Assembly (NCBI GenBank): GCA_020833025.1
Contig: JAJHRB010000031.1
Coordinates: 1 to 17,415, forward strand
Direction of reading: 5' to 3'
Length of the DNA stretch: 17,415 nt
Origin: Thermoproteaceae archaeon
Lineage (GTDB): Archaea; Thermoproteota; Thermoprotei; Thermoproteales; Thermoproteaceae
Numbering within the stretch: position 1 is the first letter of the stretch; the number at the start of each line of letters is the position of its first letter. The notes under the pieces were generated by a model that saw only the letters and a list, made by a program, of their open reading frames with translations, searched no databases and was not told the DNA's origin. This document shows, piece after piece, positions 6,657 to 15,900 of the stretch. Position numbers and translations under genes: made by a program.

Positions 6657-8027
6657 GTGGACGTAGTACTATTCTTTGAGGTACACCAGCCGCGCCGCAT
6701 AAGGCCGGATCTCCACCGCGTCATGCCGAGAGTGCCAGAGGAGCGCGAGATCTTCTACGGCGAGCTAGACCACGCCATTTTCGAGAGAGTCGCAAACAAG
6801 GCTTACAGGAGGGCGACGAGAATCCTAGTTAACGCGGCCCGCGAGATCCCGGGATTTAGGGTGACGTTCAGCATCAGCGGGATGGCGCTCGAGCAGTTCC
6901 GCAGGCAGGCACCCGACGTGCTCGAGATGCTCCGCGAGCTCGCCTCCCGCGAGGCTGCCGAGTTTGTCGCCCAGACGTACTACCACAGCCTCGCGTGGTT
7001 CGTGGACAGGGAGGAGTTCGAGGGGCAGGTGAAAATGCAAGCAGAGACCGTCGAGGAGCTCCTCGGCTACAAGCCCCGCGCGGCCGAGAACACCGAGTTT
7101 ATATACAACAATGACGTAGCGCGCGCGCTTTACTCTCTCGGCTTTAAGACCGTGCTGGCAGAAGGCGTAGAGAGAGTGCTGGGGTGGAGATCGCCGAATT
7201 ACGTGTACAGGGCCTGGGGCTGCGACGCGAGAGTCCTCCTGAGGAACTACCGGCTCAGCGATGACGTGGGCTTTAGGTTCGGCGCGCGGTGGTGGGACCA
7301 GTGGCCGCTGACTGCCGACAAGTACGCGGCGTGGCTAGAGGCGACCCCCGGCGATGTCGTCCTGATAGCCGTGGACTACGAGACGTTCGGGGAGCACCAC
7401 TGGCCGGAGTCTGGAATTCACGAGTTCCTGGCGTGGCTCCCGCGGGAGATCGCAAGGAGGCCCAGGCTGACGCTCGCGACAGTGTCCGAGGCCGCGTGGC
7501 GCAACCCGCCGAGGGACGTGCTCGACGTGCCTCCATGGGGCACGATTAGCTGGGCCGACGAAAGGGACCTCTCGGCGTGGCTTGGCAACGAGCTGCAGCA
7601 GAATGCCTTCAAGCTCCTGAAGTGGCTGTACCCGTATGCCAGAGCCCTCGGCGGCGACGTGCTTAGAATGTGGAGAGAGCTCTCGTGCAGCGACCACTTC
7701 TACTACCAGGCGACGAAGACTGGGCCGGCCGGCGAGGTTCACGCCTACTTCAACCCCTACGGCTCGGCGTACAGGGCGCACGACGCGTACATGATGGCCG
7801 TGACGGCGCTCGCGGCCGTGATACGCGAGAGGTGGAGCGCAGAGGCGGCGGAGAGGCTGGCCCTCGCGGACGAGAGGTGCTTTTTCGGCGGGAGCGTCAA
7901 GATATGCTCGCTGAAGGAGCTGAAGGCCGCTGACGCGGCGTTCCGGGCGCGCCACAGGGAGGACCTGCTGAAGTGGCTGGTCGACGTGTTCATGCTGACG
8001 CGAGAGGAGGCGGAGAGACTAGTTTAG
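6657..8027 (+). CDS. Glycoside hydrolase family 57 (alpha-amylase-like)
   Basis: GH57 conserved regions FEVHQP, QTYYHS, ENTEF (nucleophile Glu), DYETFGEH (acid/base Asp), SCSDHFYY. Start moved to GTG 6657 on the basis of TATA spacing. Confidence 0.92.
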   Translation: MDVVLFFEVHQPRRIRPDLHRVMPRVPEEREIFYGELDHAIFERVANKAYRRATRILVNAAREIPGFRVTFSISGMALEQFRRQAPDVLEMLRELASREAAEFVAQTYYHSLAWFVDREEFEGQVKMQAETVEELLGYKPRAAENTEFIYNNDVARALYSLGFKTVLAEGVERVLGWRSPNYVYRAWGCDARVLLRNYRLSDDVGFRFGARWWDQWPLTADKYAAWLEATPGDVVLIAVDYETFGEHHWPESGIHEFLAWLPREIARRPRLTLATVSEAAWRNPPRDVLDVPPWGTISWADERDLSAWLGNELQQNAFKLLKWLYPYARALGGDVLRMWRELSCSDHFYYQATKTGPAGEVHAYFNPYGSAYRAHDAYMMAVTALAAVIRERWSAEAAERLALADERCFFGGSVKICSLKELKAADAAFRARHREDLLKWLVDVFMLTREEAERLV

Positions 8028-8056
8028 CTCTTTAACGCGCGCGGGCTGCCAGTGCG

Positions 8057-9265
8057 ATGATATTGCTCGCCAGGCTGTTCGAGGGGCCGAACAACGGCAT
8101 GGCGTACGCAGTGGCGCCCGTAGAGGACAGACACAAGGTCCTCCCCGCGCGCGACCCGCTGAGAGACGCGGCGGAGCTCGCCCGGAGGGGAGAGAGGTTC
8201 CTCGTGCTGTACAGCCTCTCGACGCTGACGTTTGCCGAGTACTGGCGGGAGGTGGCGGAGGTGGCGAGGAGGTATCCCGTGGTCGCCGGGGGGCCCCACG
8301 CAATCAGCGACCCCGCGTCCCTCCTGAGGCTCGGGGTCAAGTACGTGGTCGTCGGCGACGGCGAGGTCGCGCTCCCGGCAATTATAGAGAGGGAGCTCGG
8401 GCGGACTGACGAGGTGCCGCCGAACACGCTAGTGATGGAGGGAGGGCGCGTCAGGGCAGGCAGGCGCGTGTACGCCGAGCTCACCCAGAGGACCTACAGC
8501 GCGTCCCTCGGCATATACCCGCCCATAGAGATCATGAGGTCGTGCAGCTTCAGGTGCGCGTTCTGCAGCACGTGGGCCCGCGGCCCCGTCAGGTACAGGC
8601 CTGTCGAGAGCGCGGCCGAGATGGTGCGGGCCTACGTGGCCGCGGGGCGCCGGGAGATCAGGTTCATAGCGCCTGTGGGCTTCCTCTACGGCTCCGAGGA
8701 CGGCAGGACGCCAAATATCGACGCGCTCGTGAGGCTGCTGAGAGCAGTCAGAGATGCGGGCGGGGCTCCCTACCTGGGCACGTTTCCCTCGGAGACAAGG
8801 CCGGAGACCGTCACGAGGGACGTGCTGGGCGCGATTAAGCCGTATGTCGCGAACAGGCGCATTGCCTTCGGCCTCCAGACAGCGTCAGAGAGGCTCCTCA
8901 AGGCGATCAGGAGAGATCACGACGCCGCCTCCGTTGAGGAGGCCGTGAGGGTCTCTACTGCAGCCGGCTTCAAGCCCGTCGTCGACGTTATAGGGGGCCT
9001 TCCAGGCGAGACCGAGGAGGACGTGCTCGAGAACATTAGAGAGATGGAGAGGCTGATAGCAATGGGCGCGCGCGTGCGCATTCATTACTACATCCCGCTC
9101 CCGGGCACGCCGCTCTGGGGTCTCGAGCCGGCGCCCCCGCACCGGCTCTACAGCGAGTTCCTCAGGCGCTACAGGACAAAGGTAGAGGGATACTGGGAGG
9201 AGCAGATAGCGCTAAGCCGCAAGATTCTGGACACGTACAGGGAGCTCTATCAATCCCTCTCTTGA
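8057..9265 (+). CDS. B12-binding domain / radical SAM protein (TIGR04013-like)
   Basis: VVAGGPHA and VVVGDGE (B12-binding-like), EIMRSCSFRCAFC (CX3CX2C), LGTFPSETRPE, IGGLPGET, YYIPLPGTPL. TATA-like CTTTAAC at about 8030-8036. Confidence 0.85.
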   Translation: MILLARLFEGPNNGMAYAVAPVEDRHKVLPARDPLRDAAELARRGERFLVLYSLSTLTFAEYWREVAEVARRYPVVAGGPHAISDPASLLRLGVKYVVVGDGEVALPAIIERELGRTDEVPPNTLVMEGGRVRAGRRVYAELTQRTYSASLGIYPPIEIMRSCSFRCAFCSTWARGPVRYRPVESAAEMVRAYVAAGRREIRFIAPVGFLYGSEDGRTPNIDALVRLLRAVRDAGGAPYLGTFPSETRPETVTRDVLGAIKPYVANRRIAFGLQTASERLLKAIRRDHDAASVEEAVRVSTAAGFKPVVDVIGGLPGETEEDVLENIREMERLIAMGARVRIHYYIPLPGTPLWGLEPAPPHRLYSEFLRRYRTKVEGYWEEQIALSRKILDTYRELYQSLS

Positions 9266-9281
9266 GATCCCGGCGCGAGCC

Positions 9282-10292
9282 TCACGGCCGGAAGCGAAGA
9301 CATACATCGTGGAACCACGGCGCGTCAACCTCGTCCAGCCTCCACCTCTGTCTCACAAAGCTCTCCTCGGGAGGCGCGTGAATTCCGCGCGCGTAGGCGT
9401 AGTACCCCGTCAGCGCGATCATCGCCCCGTTGTCGCCGGCGTACTCGTCCGGCACTATCTTCACGTCAACCCCGTGCTCCCTGCCTATCGCGTCGAGTAT
9501 TTCTCTGAGCCTCCTGCTCCTGGCAACGCCGCCGGCCACTACAAGCTCGCGCTTTCTCGTGAACGCTATCGCGCGCTCGGTCACCTCGGCTAGCATGTAG
9601 TACGCGGTCTCGATGAGAGACCTGCAGACAACAGGCAGCGGGACCCCGCGCTTCACGGCCTGTAGCGCGTAGGTGACGAGACCCGCGTAAGACACGTCTT
9701 GCCCGACGATCGGCATGGGGAACGGGACGATCTCGCTCGCGCGCTCGGCACACCTTTCTACTGCGGGCACGCCCGGGAAGCCGAGGCTCGCCTCGCGCGC
9801 GAATGTGTCAATGGCGTTGCCTATTGCAACGTCCAGAGTCTCGCCGAATACTCTGTAGCGCCCGCCCGAGTACCCGACGATTGCCGTGTGACCCCCCGAT
9901 ATCAGCAGGACTAGCGGGTCGCACGCCGACGTCGCGTACCTCGCAATTTCTATGTGGGCAACGCCGTGATGAACCGGCACGAGCGGCACGCCGAGCTTTA
10001 TTGCCAGCGCGCGCGCCAGCACGGCGCCGACTCTCAGCGCAGGCCCCAGCCCGGGCCCCGCGGCGTAGGCCACCGCACTAATCTCAGACAGCCTGACGCC
10101 GTGCCTCCCCAGGAGCTCTCTGAGCACGGCCGGCGCGTGCCTCGCGTGGTGCTCGGCTGCCTCTCTCGGGTGTATTCCAGACCCGGCCGGCGGCGCGTAA
10201 ATCCTGCCTGCCTGGCCTACAATCTCGCCGTCCCTAACCACGCCGATGCTTAAAGTGTGGGCGGTGGACTCAATGCCAATTACAAGGACCAT
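9282..10292 (-). CDS. kae1: tRNA N6-threonylcarbamoyltransferase Kae1 (KEOPS)
   Basis: IGIESTAHT, HPREAAEHH, GPGLGPALRVG, VHHGVAHIE, LLISGGHT, GETLDVAIGN, GGVA, DNGAMIA. Confidence 0.96.
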   Translation of the reverse strand: MVLVIGIESTAHTLSIGVVRDGEIVGQAGRIYAPPAGSGIHPREAAEHHARHAPAVLRELLGRHGVRLSEISAVAYAAGPGLGPALRVGAVLARALAIKLGVPLVPVHHGVAHIEIARYATSACDPLVLLISGGHTAIVGYSGGRYRVFGETLDVAIGNAIDTFAREASLGFPGVPAVERCAERASEIVPFPMPIVGQDVSYAGLVTYALQAVKRGVPLPVVCRSLIETAYYMLAEVTERAIAFTRKRELVVAGGVARSRRLREILDAIGREHGVDVKIVPDEYAGDNGAMIALTGYYAYARGIHAPPEESFVRQRWRLDEVDAPWFHDVCLRFRP

Positions 10293-10308
10293 GCAGTGGC
10301 CGCGCCAA

Positions 10309-10515
10309 TTAGGCGCCTCCCTTCACGAAGTGCGTGAAGTCACACTTGCCGCAGTGCCACCGCGGCGCGGGCTCCCTGTGGAACGCCATGACGGAGCCGC
10401 ACCTGGAGCAGAGCTTGTTCTTGAATCTTATAGTGCCCCTCTGGTAGTCGTACTCGTACCAGGTCGCCGCGCGCGGCAGTCTCTTGCCTTTCTCCTGCGC
10501 CGGGGCCTTGCTCAC
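10309..10515 (-). CDS. rps27ae: 30S ribosomal protein S27ae
   Basis: KNKLCSRCGSVMAFH...RWHCGKC zinc ribbon; conserved position between rps24e and kae1. Confidence 0.95.
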   Translation of the reverse strand: MSKAPAQEKGKRLPRAATWYEYDYQRGTIRFKNKLCSRCGSVMAFHREPAPRWHCGKCDFTHFVKGGA

Positions 10516-10521
10516 GGCGGC

Positions 10522-10926
10522 TCACTTCTGCTTCCCTTTTTTCTTTTTGCGCCTCCCCTCGCGGCGCGCCTCCCGCATCTTCCTCGCCTCCTCAAGCAGC
10601 TTCCTGCCCTCCTCGCCTAAGTTCCTGGCAATTACATACAGCGGCTCCACCCTCTTGGCGATATCGGGATTGTCGTAAACGTGTATCTCGGCGGTGGACC
10701 TGCCGATCCCGTACTCCGTTTTAACCCTCCTGATAAACACCGCGGACGGACTAACGCCGAGCTGTCTCGCCACGCACTCCCTCACCGTCTGCCTCGCCGG
10801 AGTCGGCGCTCCCGCGTGAAGCAGCTCCACGACGAGCTCCCTCCTGCCCAGCAGCTTGTTGTCCCTTATTGACGCTATGTTGAGCCTAAGCTGCGGTTCT
10901 TGCGGCTGTGCCTGCCCGGACGCCAC
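10522..10926 (-). CDS. rps24e: 30S ribosomal protein S24e
   Basis: DNKLLGRREL...HAGAPTP.R...KTEYGIGRS...VYD and a basic tail. TATA-like TTAATAAA about 25 nt upstream. Confidence 0.95.
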   Translation of the reverse strand: MASGQAQPQEPQLRLNIASIRDNKLLGRRELVVELLHAGAPTPARQTVRECVARQLGVSPSAVFIRRVKTEYGIGRSTAEIHVYDNPDIAKRVEPLYVIARNLGEEGRKLLEEARKMREARREGRRKKKKGKQK

Positions 10927-11090
10927 GCGCCCCGCCGCGCGGCGGGCTTTATTAATCTTGTTCGCGGCAGCGGCCGCGCCGTTAAAAACCGTCCCGCCTC
11001 AATAGAGAGTCTGCCAACCAGTGCTCCCACCACGGCCAGCGTAACAAAAAGCCGGAGGGCTAATAGCAGCCTCGTGCCGGCCAGGAGGGA

Positions 11091-11822
11091 CTAGCCTTTC
11101 CAGCGCTTTGCCAATATTCCTTTTAACGCATCAAGCATTATATACGCAGCGTCCTCAGGGCTTTTCCCTATCCTCTTTGCAATTTCATTTATTGAATCTT
11201 TGACTAGTTTATAGACATTTCCCCGCTCCGCCACAGCATGCTGGGCGCCTGCGCCGTACTCAAGCTCTTTCGCAGCGCCAATACTTGAGAACCTGAGCGT
11301 AATCCGCTGTCCCGACACTCCTATGCCCAGGTAGAGAACCGGCTTATACCTCTCGTAGGCCCATCCACCCTCTCTGAAGTCGTCAGAGGCGAATGCAGCC
11401 TCAACGCGTCCTATGACTATGTCGTGATCTCCCCCCACGTCTATAACCCCCTTAAGCGAGCACTCAATAACGGCGGCGGCGTCTGCCAGCGCTACCGTGG
11501 GCACCTTCCTGGCCTCGACCAGCCTAAGCCCTGCCCTCTCTAGCTTGTCCGGTAAGAACCTCGAGGACGCCGCGCCTAACAACGCCAGCGTATCCACCTT
11601 TGAGTAGTCGATATAGTTCACGGTGAAGTAGCCGCTCTCTCTCAGTAACCTGTAGGTCTTGCGCTCAGGCGAGATAAACATGGCAAGCATGGGCGGATCG
11701 AAAGATGCCGGAAGTGCCTCGACGGGCATTGCGCTTGTCTCGCCGCCAGCTCTGGCCGCCACTACTGGAATTACTGCCGGAAGCATCGCAAGATAGAAGT
11801 ACTGTGTTATCTCTCTTGACAT
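11091..11822 (-). CDS. Flavin reductase-like (DIM6/NTAB) protein with a C-terminal extension
   Basis: PASFDPPMLAMFISPERKTY..LRESGYFTVN, VPTVALADAAAVIEC, GGDHDIVIGRV. Confidence 0.88.
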   Translation of the reverse strand: MSREITQYFYLAMLPAVIPVVAARAGGETSAMPVEALPASFDPPMLAMFISPERKTYRLLRESGYFTVNYIDYSKVDTLALLGAASSRFLPDKLERAGLRLVEARKVPTVALADAAAVIECSLKGVIDVGGDHDIVIGRVEAAFASDDFREGGWAYERYKPVLYLGIGVSGQRITLRFSSIGAAKELEYGAGAQHAVAERGNVYKLVKDSINEIAKRIGKSPEDAAYIMLDALKGILAKRWKG

Positions 11823-11908
11823 GTCAAAGCCAGAAACTGATTTTTTAAGTTTATATTACAATTAAATGCATAACGTGGCTGCCTGCTACCAGGTTTAAAA
11901 CTTTAAAC
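11816..11908. promoter_or_regulatory. AT-rich divergent promoter region with two perfect dyads
   Basis: TTGACATGTCAA (11816-11827) covers the flavin reductase start codon. GTTTAAA-AC-TTTAAAC lies at 11893-11908. TATA-like tracts occur on both strands. Confidence 0.55.
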
Positions 11909-11926
11909 TTTGAACCACAAGACAGT

Positions 11927-12250
11927 GTGGCCCTCGCAGTAATCGTCACGTCGGCAGCACCCCGGGCAGTGACAGCTGGGAGTAGCACTGCCGGTCCCGT
12001 CGTGTTGGCGACAAACAGCGGTGCTGTCGGGAGCTTCGCAGTCCACCGCGTGGAGATAATATACGACACGAGGGCGGACGTGCTGTCAATAAGGTTGAGA
12101 GACGGCGAGCCGAAGTACGTGCTGGTCGGGCGCGGCACTTTCGTTGTGTTCGCCGACGACCGCGGGGTGTGGGCGGTTGACCTTGAGGCGGAGTCGTGGG
12201 ACGCCGATCCCGAGACCGCGCTCCGCCAGGCAGGCGCCGAGATATGGTAG
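11927..12250 (+). CDS. DUF2283-like small protein (putative antitoxin-type)
   Basis: VEIIYDTRADVLSIRLRDGEP...VVFADDRGVWAVDL fits the I-YD--AD-L-I pattern. Similarity begins at GTG 12050, an alternative start; GTG 11927 fits the TATA spacing. Confidence 0.6.
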   Translation: MALAVIVTSAAPRAVTAGSSTAGPVVLATNSGAVGSFAVHRVEIIYDTRADVLSIRLRDGEPKYVLVGRGTFVVFADDRGVWAVDLEAESWDADPETALRQAGAEIW

Positions 12251-12636
12251 AGCCCGTTGACGTGACAATCGAGCGCAGCGAGCCCGGCGAAATAGATGTA
12301 GAGGAGAGAGTTCTCGTGAAGTACTTCATATCCGACGTGCGCGTTGCGAGAATTGAAAGGGGCTATAACATTGCTGTCGGCATAAGCATCGTCACAAGGT
12401 TCGCGAGACCCCCGCATGGAGTGCGCGGCATCTGCGGTCCAAACACACCGTACCGCCCCGCGCGCTTTAACGTCAGGCGCATTGCAAGCGCGACTCTCAG
12501 GACTGACAGCGGCGAGACAATTGAAATTTTCGTGGAGCCCGTGGCTGTCGGCATCGCAGACGACCTCATAACGGCATTGGGAGAGCCGTGCGTCGTGCTG
12601 CAGGCAGTCACTGCGTGGCGCACGGCGGGGGGCTGA
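12244..12636 (+). CDS. Hypothetical protein, 130 aa, beta-rich
   Basis: ATG 12244 overlaps the upstream stop (ATGGTAG), and its TGA overlaps the next ORF. No family recognised. Confidence 0.7.
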   Translation: MVEPVDVTIERSEPGEIDVEERVLVKYFISDVRVARIERGYNIAVGISIVTRFARPPHGVRGICGPNTPYRPARFNVRRIASATLRTDSGETIEIFVEPVAVGIADDLITALGEPCVVLQAVTAWRTAGG

Positions 12637-12938
12637 GCCACTGTGGCGTTCAGCTGTCAAGGCACACGGTGGCTAAACACGAGCGGGACATTGTGAGGTA
12701 CGTGGGCCGCGAATTCATCGGCGCGGTTATCTCGCGCATCGAAGAGATATACAGTAGGGGGAGACCGCAACCGGTTCCGGAGAGGTGGAGAGGCGTGGAG
12801 AAAGAGCGAAGAAGCGCTATCGTGAAGTTCCGCGGCAAAACGCTACGCATAGTAGTGGCAAAGACCGGCAAGTGCTACTTCATAGTGACGGCGCATCCGT
12901 ACGGCGGCGTGCAGCACGACATAGACCTGGGCCCGTGA
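12588..12938 (+). CDS. DUF4258-like / RelE-BrnT-fold small basic protein (putative toxin)
   Basis: LSRHTVAKHER...KFRGKTLRIVVAKTGKCYFIVTAHP resembles the DUF4258 pattern (N-terminal His, LRIVV, terminal IVT). Start uncertain (GTG 12588 or CTG 12633). Confidence 0.45.
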   Translation: MRRAAGSHCVAHGGGLSHCGVQLSRHTVAKHERDIVRYVGREFIGAVISRIEEIYSRGRPQPVPERWRGVEKERRSAIVKFRGKTLRIVVAKTGKCYFIVTAHPYGGVQHDIDLGP

Positions 12939-12947
12939 GGGCAACGC

Positions 12948-15900
12948 TCACTCCAGCTCCCTCTCGAGCTCTACGATGAGCCCCTCGAGGAACTCGAGCT
13001 CCTCTCTCGTCGGCCTCCAGTAGCCGCGCCTGTAGGCCTCGTGCAGCACGCTCGCTATCCTGTGCAGAGCCCACGGGTTGTATTTCTTAATCCTCTCCCT
13101 GACCTCGGCGTTCATAAGGTAAGTCCTCTCCACCTCGCTCCATATCCACTCGGCGACTGCCTTCGTGAGCGCCGCGTGGCCCAGCAGGTACTCCACCCGC
13201 TTCATCACCTCCCTGGCGCCGTCGTATCCGTGTTCAAGCATGGCGTTTATCCACCTCGGGTTGAGCAGTCTCGCCCTCGCCCAAAGCTCGACGGACTCCT
13301 CTGCGCTCCTCACGACGTCTCTCGCGCCTGTGGTGTCAATCCACAGCGCCTCAACCCTCCTGCCGGAGACCAGCTCGACCGCCCTCCTAAGCCCGCCGAG
13401 GAACTCGTAGTAGTGGTCGAGGTCGCCTATGTCATATTCTGTTGTGCTCCTGACTTGCGCGACGAGGTCGACTGTCTTCAGCACCTCCGCGAGCGCGCCG
13501 CCTGCCTCAGTAGCGTGTAGGCTGTCCGTGTAGGCGTACCCCACGTCCTCGAGGTAAGCCCTGGCGAGCTCCTCCTCGGCAGACCAGCTTGACGACTCTA
13601 CGAGCTCCGGCAGCCTCGTGCCGTAAGTGCCTGGCTTGGGGCCGAACACCCTCGCCGCGGCCACCTCCTCGCCGAATTTCTCTCTCAGCGCGAGGCAGTG
13701 CTTTCTCACGTAGTTCGCCTCCGGCGGCTCGTCGAGCCGCGCGACGAGCTTAACCGCCTGTCCTATCAGGCTGACTAGATTAGGGAACATGTCTCTGAAG
13801 AAGCCGCATATCGTCACCGCGACGTCGACTCTCGGCCTGCCGAGCTGTTCCAGCGGTATGACCTCGAGCCTGGGCGCCCATGGCCCTCTGTCTCTAATCA
13901 GTCTCACGCCCAGCAGCTGCAGTATCGCGCCGACGGTCTCGCCCCTGGTTTGCGCCGTCTCGAAGCCCCACAGGACGAGGCCTATGGACTCGGGATATCT
14001 GCCGTGTCTCTCTCTGTACCTTTTGATGAGCTCCTCCGCAATCTTCACGCCCTTTAGGTACGCCGCTCTGCTCGGTATGAGCCTAGGGTCGAAGGCGTAG
14101 CCATGAGAGCCGGTGGGAAAGACCTCCGGCGTTCTCACGGGATCCCCGGCAACTCTCGGCTCGACGTAAAGCCCGTCGAGCACCTTAATGACGGCCCCCA
14201 GCTCGTCGCTCCTCCTTATCCTGCCGTAAAGGTCCCTCGCGTATTCGAGGGCCTCGAGCGCGTCCTTTCTCAGCTCCTTCCTCTTCACGAACCTCCTGGC
14301 GACTCTCTCCGGGTCCCCGCCGCGCACGACAAGCTCTATCATCTCCCTCGCCGCTTTCTCCGCGCGCTCGAGGATCTCGGAACCCATTGCGCCGCCGGAA
14401 AGCCCGCCAGGGTTCGAGAGCAGAGCGTCATAGTCATAGCCCCAATCCTCGACGAGCGTTCTTGCCAGCGACTTGACGTCTCCGTCTCTCTTCAGCACGA
14501 AGAGGAGGTAGTCGATGATCTCCTCGTCGCTCCACGTCCTGCCCAGCACGTGGAGGCCCCTGGGAATTGCGCTCTTCTTCATCTCGTAGAGGTAGGCATG
14601 GAGCGTCTCCACGCTGTCGCACTTTAGGTGCATCTTCTCGCACTTCTCCCGTATCAGCGCGGCCAAGGCGTCTTTCTTCTCTGCGTCTCTCTCCTCCTCG
14701 TACTCGCGCACCAGCTCTTCGAGCTCGGCGTACTCGCCGTAGAGCTCGGCGTTTGCAAACGGCGGGGTGCCGTGAGTTATCACATAGGCGTACCCCCTCC
14801 TCTTGGCTATCGTCATCTCCGAGGGGTTCGTGACGTGATAGACGTACACGTGGGGCACGTCGCCTATGAGCGCGTCGGGCCAGCACGTCTCGGAGAGTGC
14901 GACCTCCTTGCCCGGGAGTAGCTCGAGAGTCCCGTGCGTGCCTAGGTGGACTATCACGTCTGCCCTGAACACCTCCCTGACCCAGTAGTAAAATGCTATG
15001 TACTGGTGGTGAGGCGGGACGTCCTTGGAGTGGTACAGCTTGCTCGGGTCCTCGTGGAAGCCCCTTGCGGGCTGGACCCCGATGAAGACGTTCCCCAGGA
15101 CGACGCCGGGAATCACGAAGTTCATGCTCTCGTCGACGTTTATCTCGCCCGGCGGCGGGCCCCACAGTCTCTCAACGGCGTCTCTGAGCTCGCCAGGTAA
15201 CGCGCTGTAATACTTTGTGTACTCGCCGAGCGGGAGCCTCGGGGCCGTTGCGCCGTGCAGATGCCATCTCGGCGAGTTGACGAGATATCCCCTGACGAGC
15301 GCCACGAGCTCGTCCTTAGATTTCTGCTCAACGCGGTACCCGGCGCGCGCGAGGGCCCCTAGGAGCGCCTCCAGGCTGGCGAAGACGTCGAGGTAGGCGG
15401 CGCTACCTACATTTTCCTCGCCGGGCGGGTAGTTGTAGATTATCACGGCCACCCTCCTCTCCGCCCTCGGCCTGTACCGCAGCCCGACCCACCTGGCAAT
15501 CCTCGCGGCCTTCCTCCTCGTCCTCTCCTCGAGCACGACAATGTCGGTATACTCCGTGTCGTCGAGCGTCGCCGAGATGATCGGCTCGATAGCGCCGTCA
15601 ATTTCTGGCAGTGCGACGCCGGCCACGACCTCAATCGGCGACAGGCCCCTCGGGTCCGCCCTCCAGTCGGAGTACCTCCTCATGTAGGCGATTAGGCCGT
15701 TAAAGAGCAGGCAGCCGGCCTCCGTGAGTAGCTTGCGCGTCGGCTCCACATCGCCCCCATAGGGCCCCCCGTTTATGACGAACCACTGTAAGTTCACAAC
15801 GGCATCGACGAGCGTCCTGCCCCCGGCTACTGTGTACCTCCGGAGCGTCTCCAGCTGCCTCAGCAAGCCCTCGGCGACGCCGCCGACCACGAGGACTGTG

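Noticed and set aside
10981-11090. Plus-strand TATA-like GTTAAAAAC driving a small RNA
   Set aside because: No C/D boxes or clear H/ACA hairpin; the T-tracts on the minus strand are equally explained as terminators of the flavin reductase gene.
12352-12359. ATTGAAAG crRNA-handle octamer
   Set aside because: An isolated 8-mer inside a CDS (I-E-R codons) with no upstream repeat similarity.
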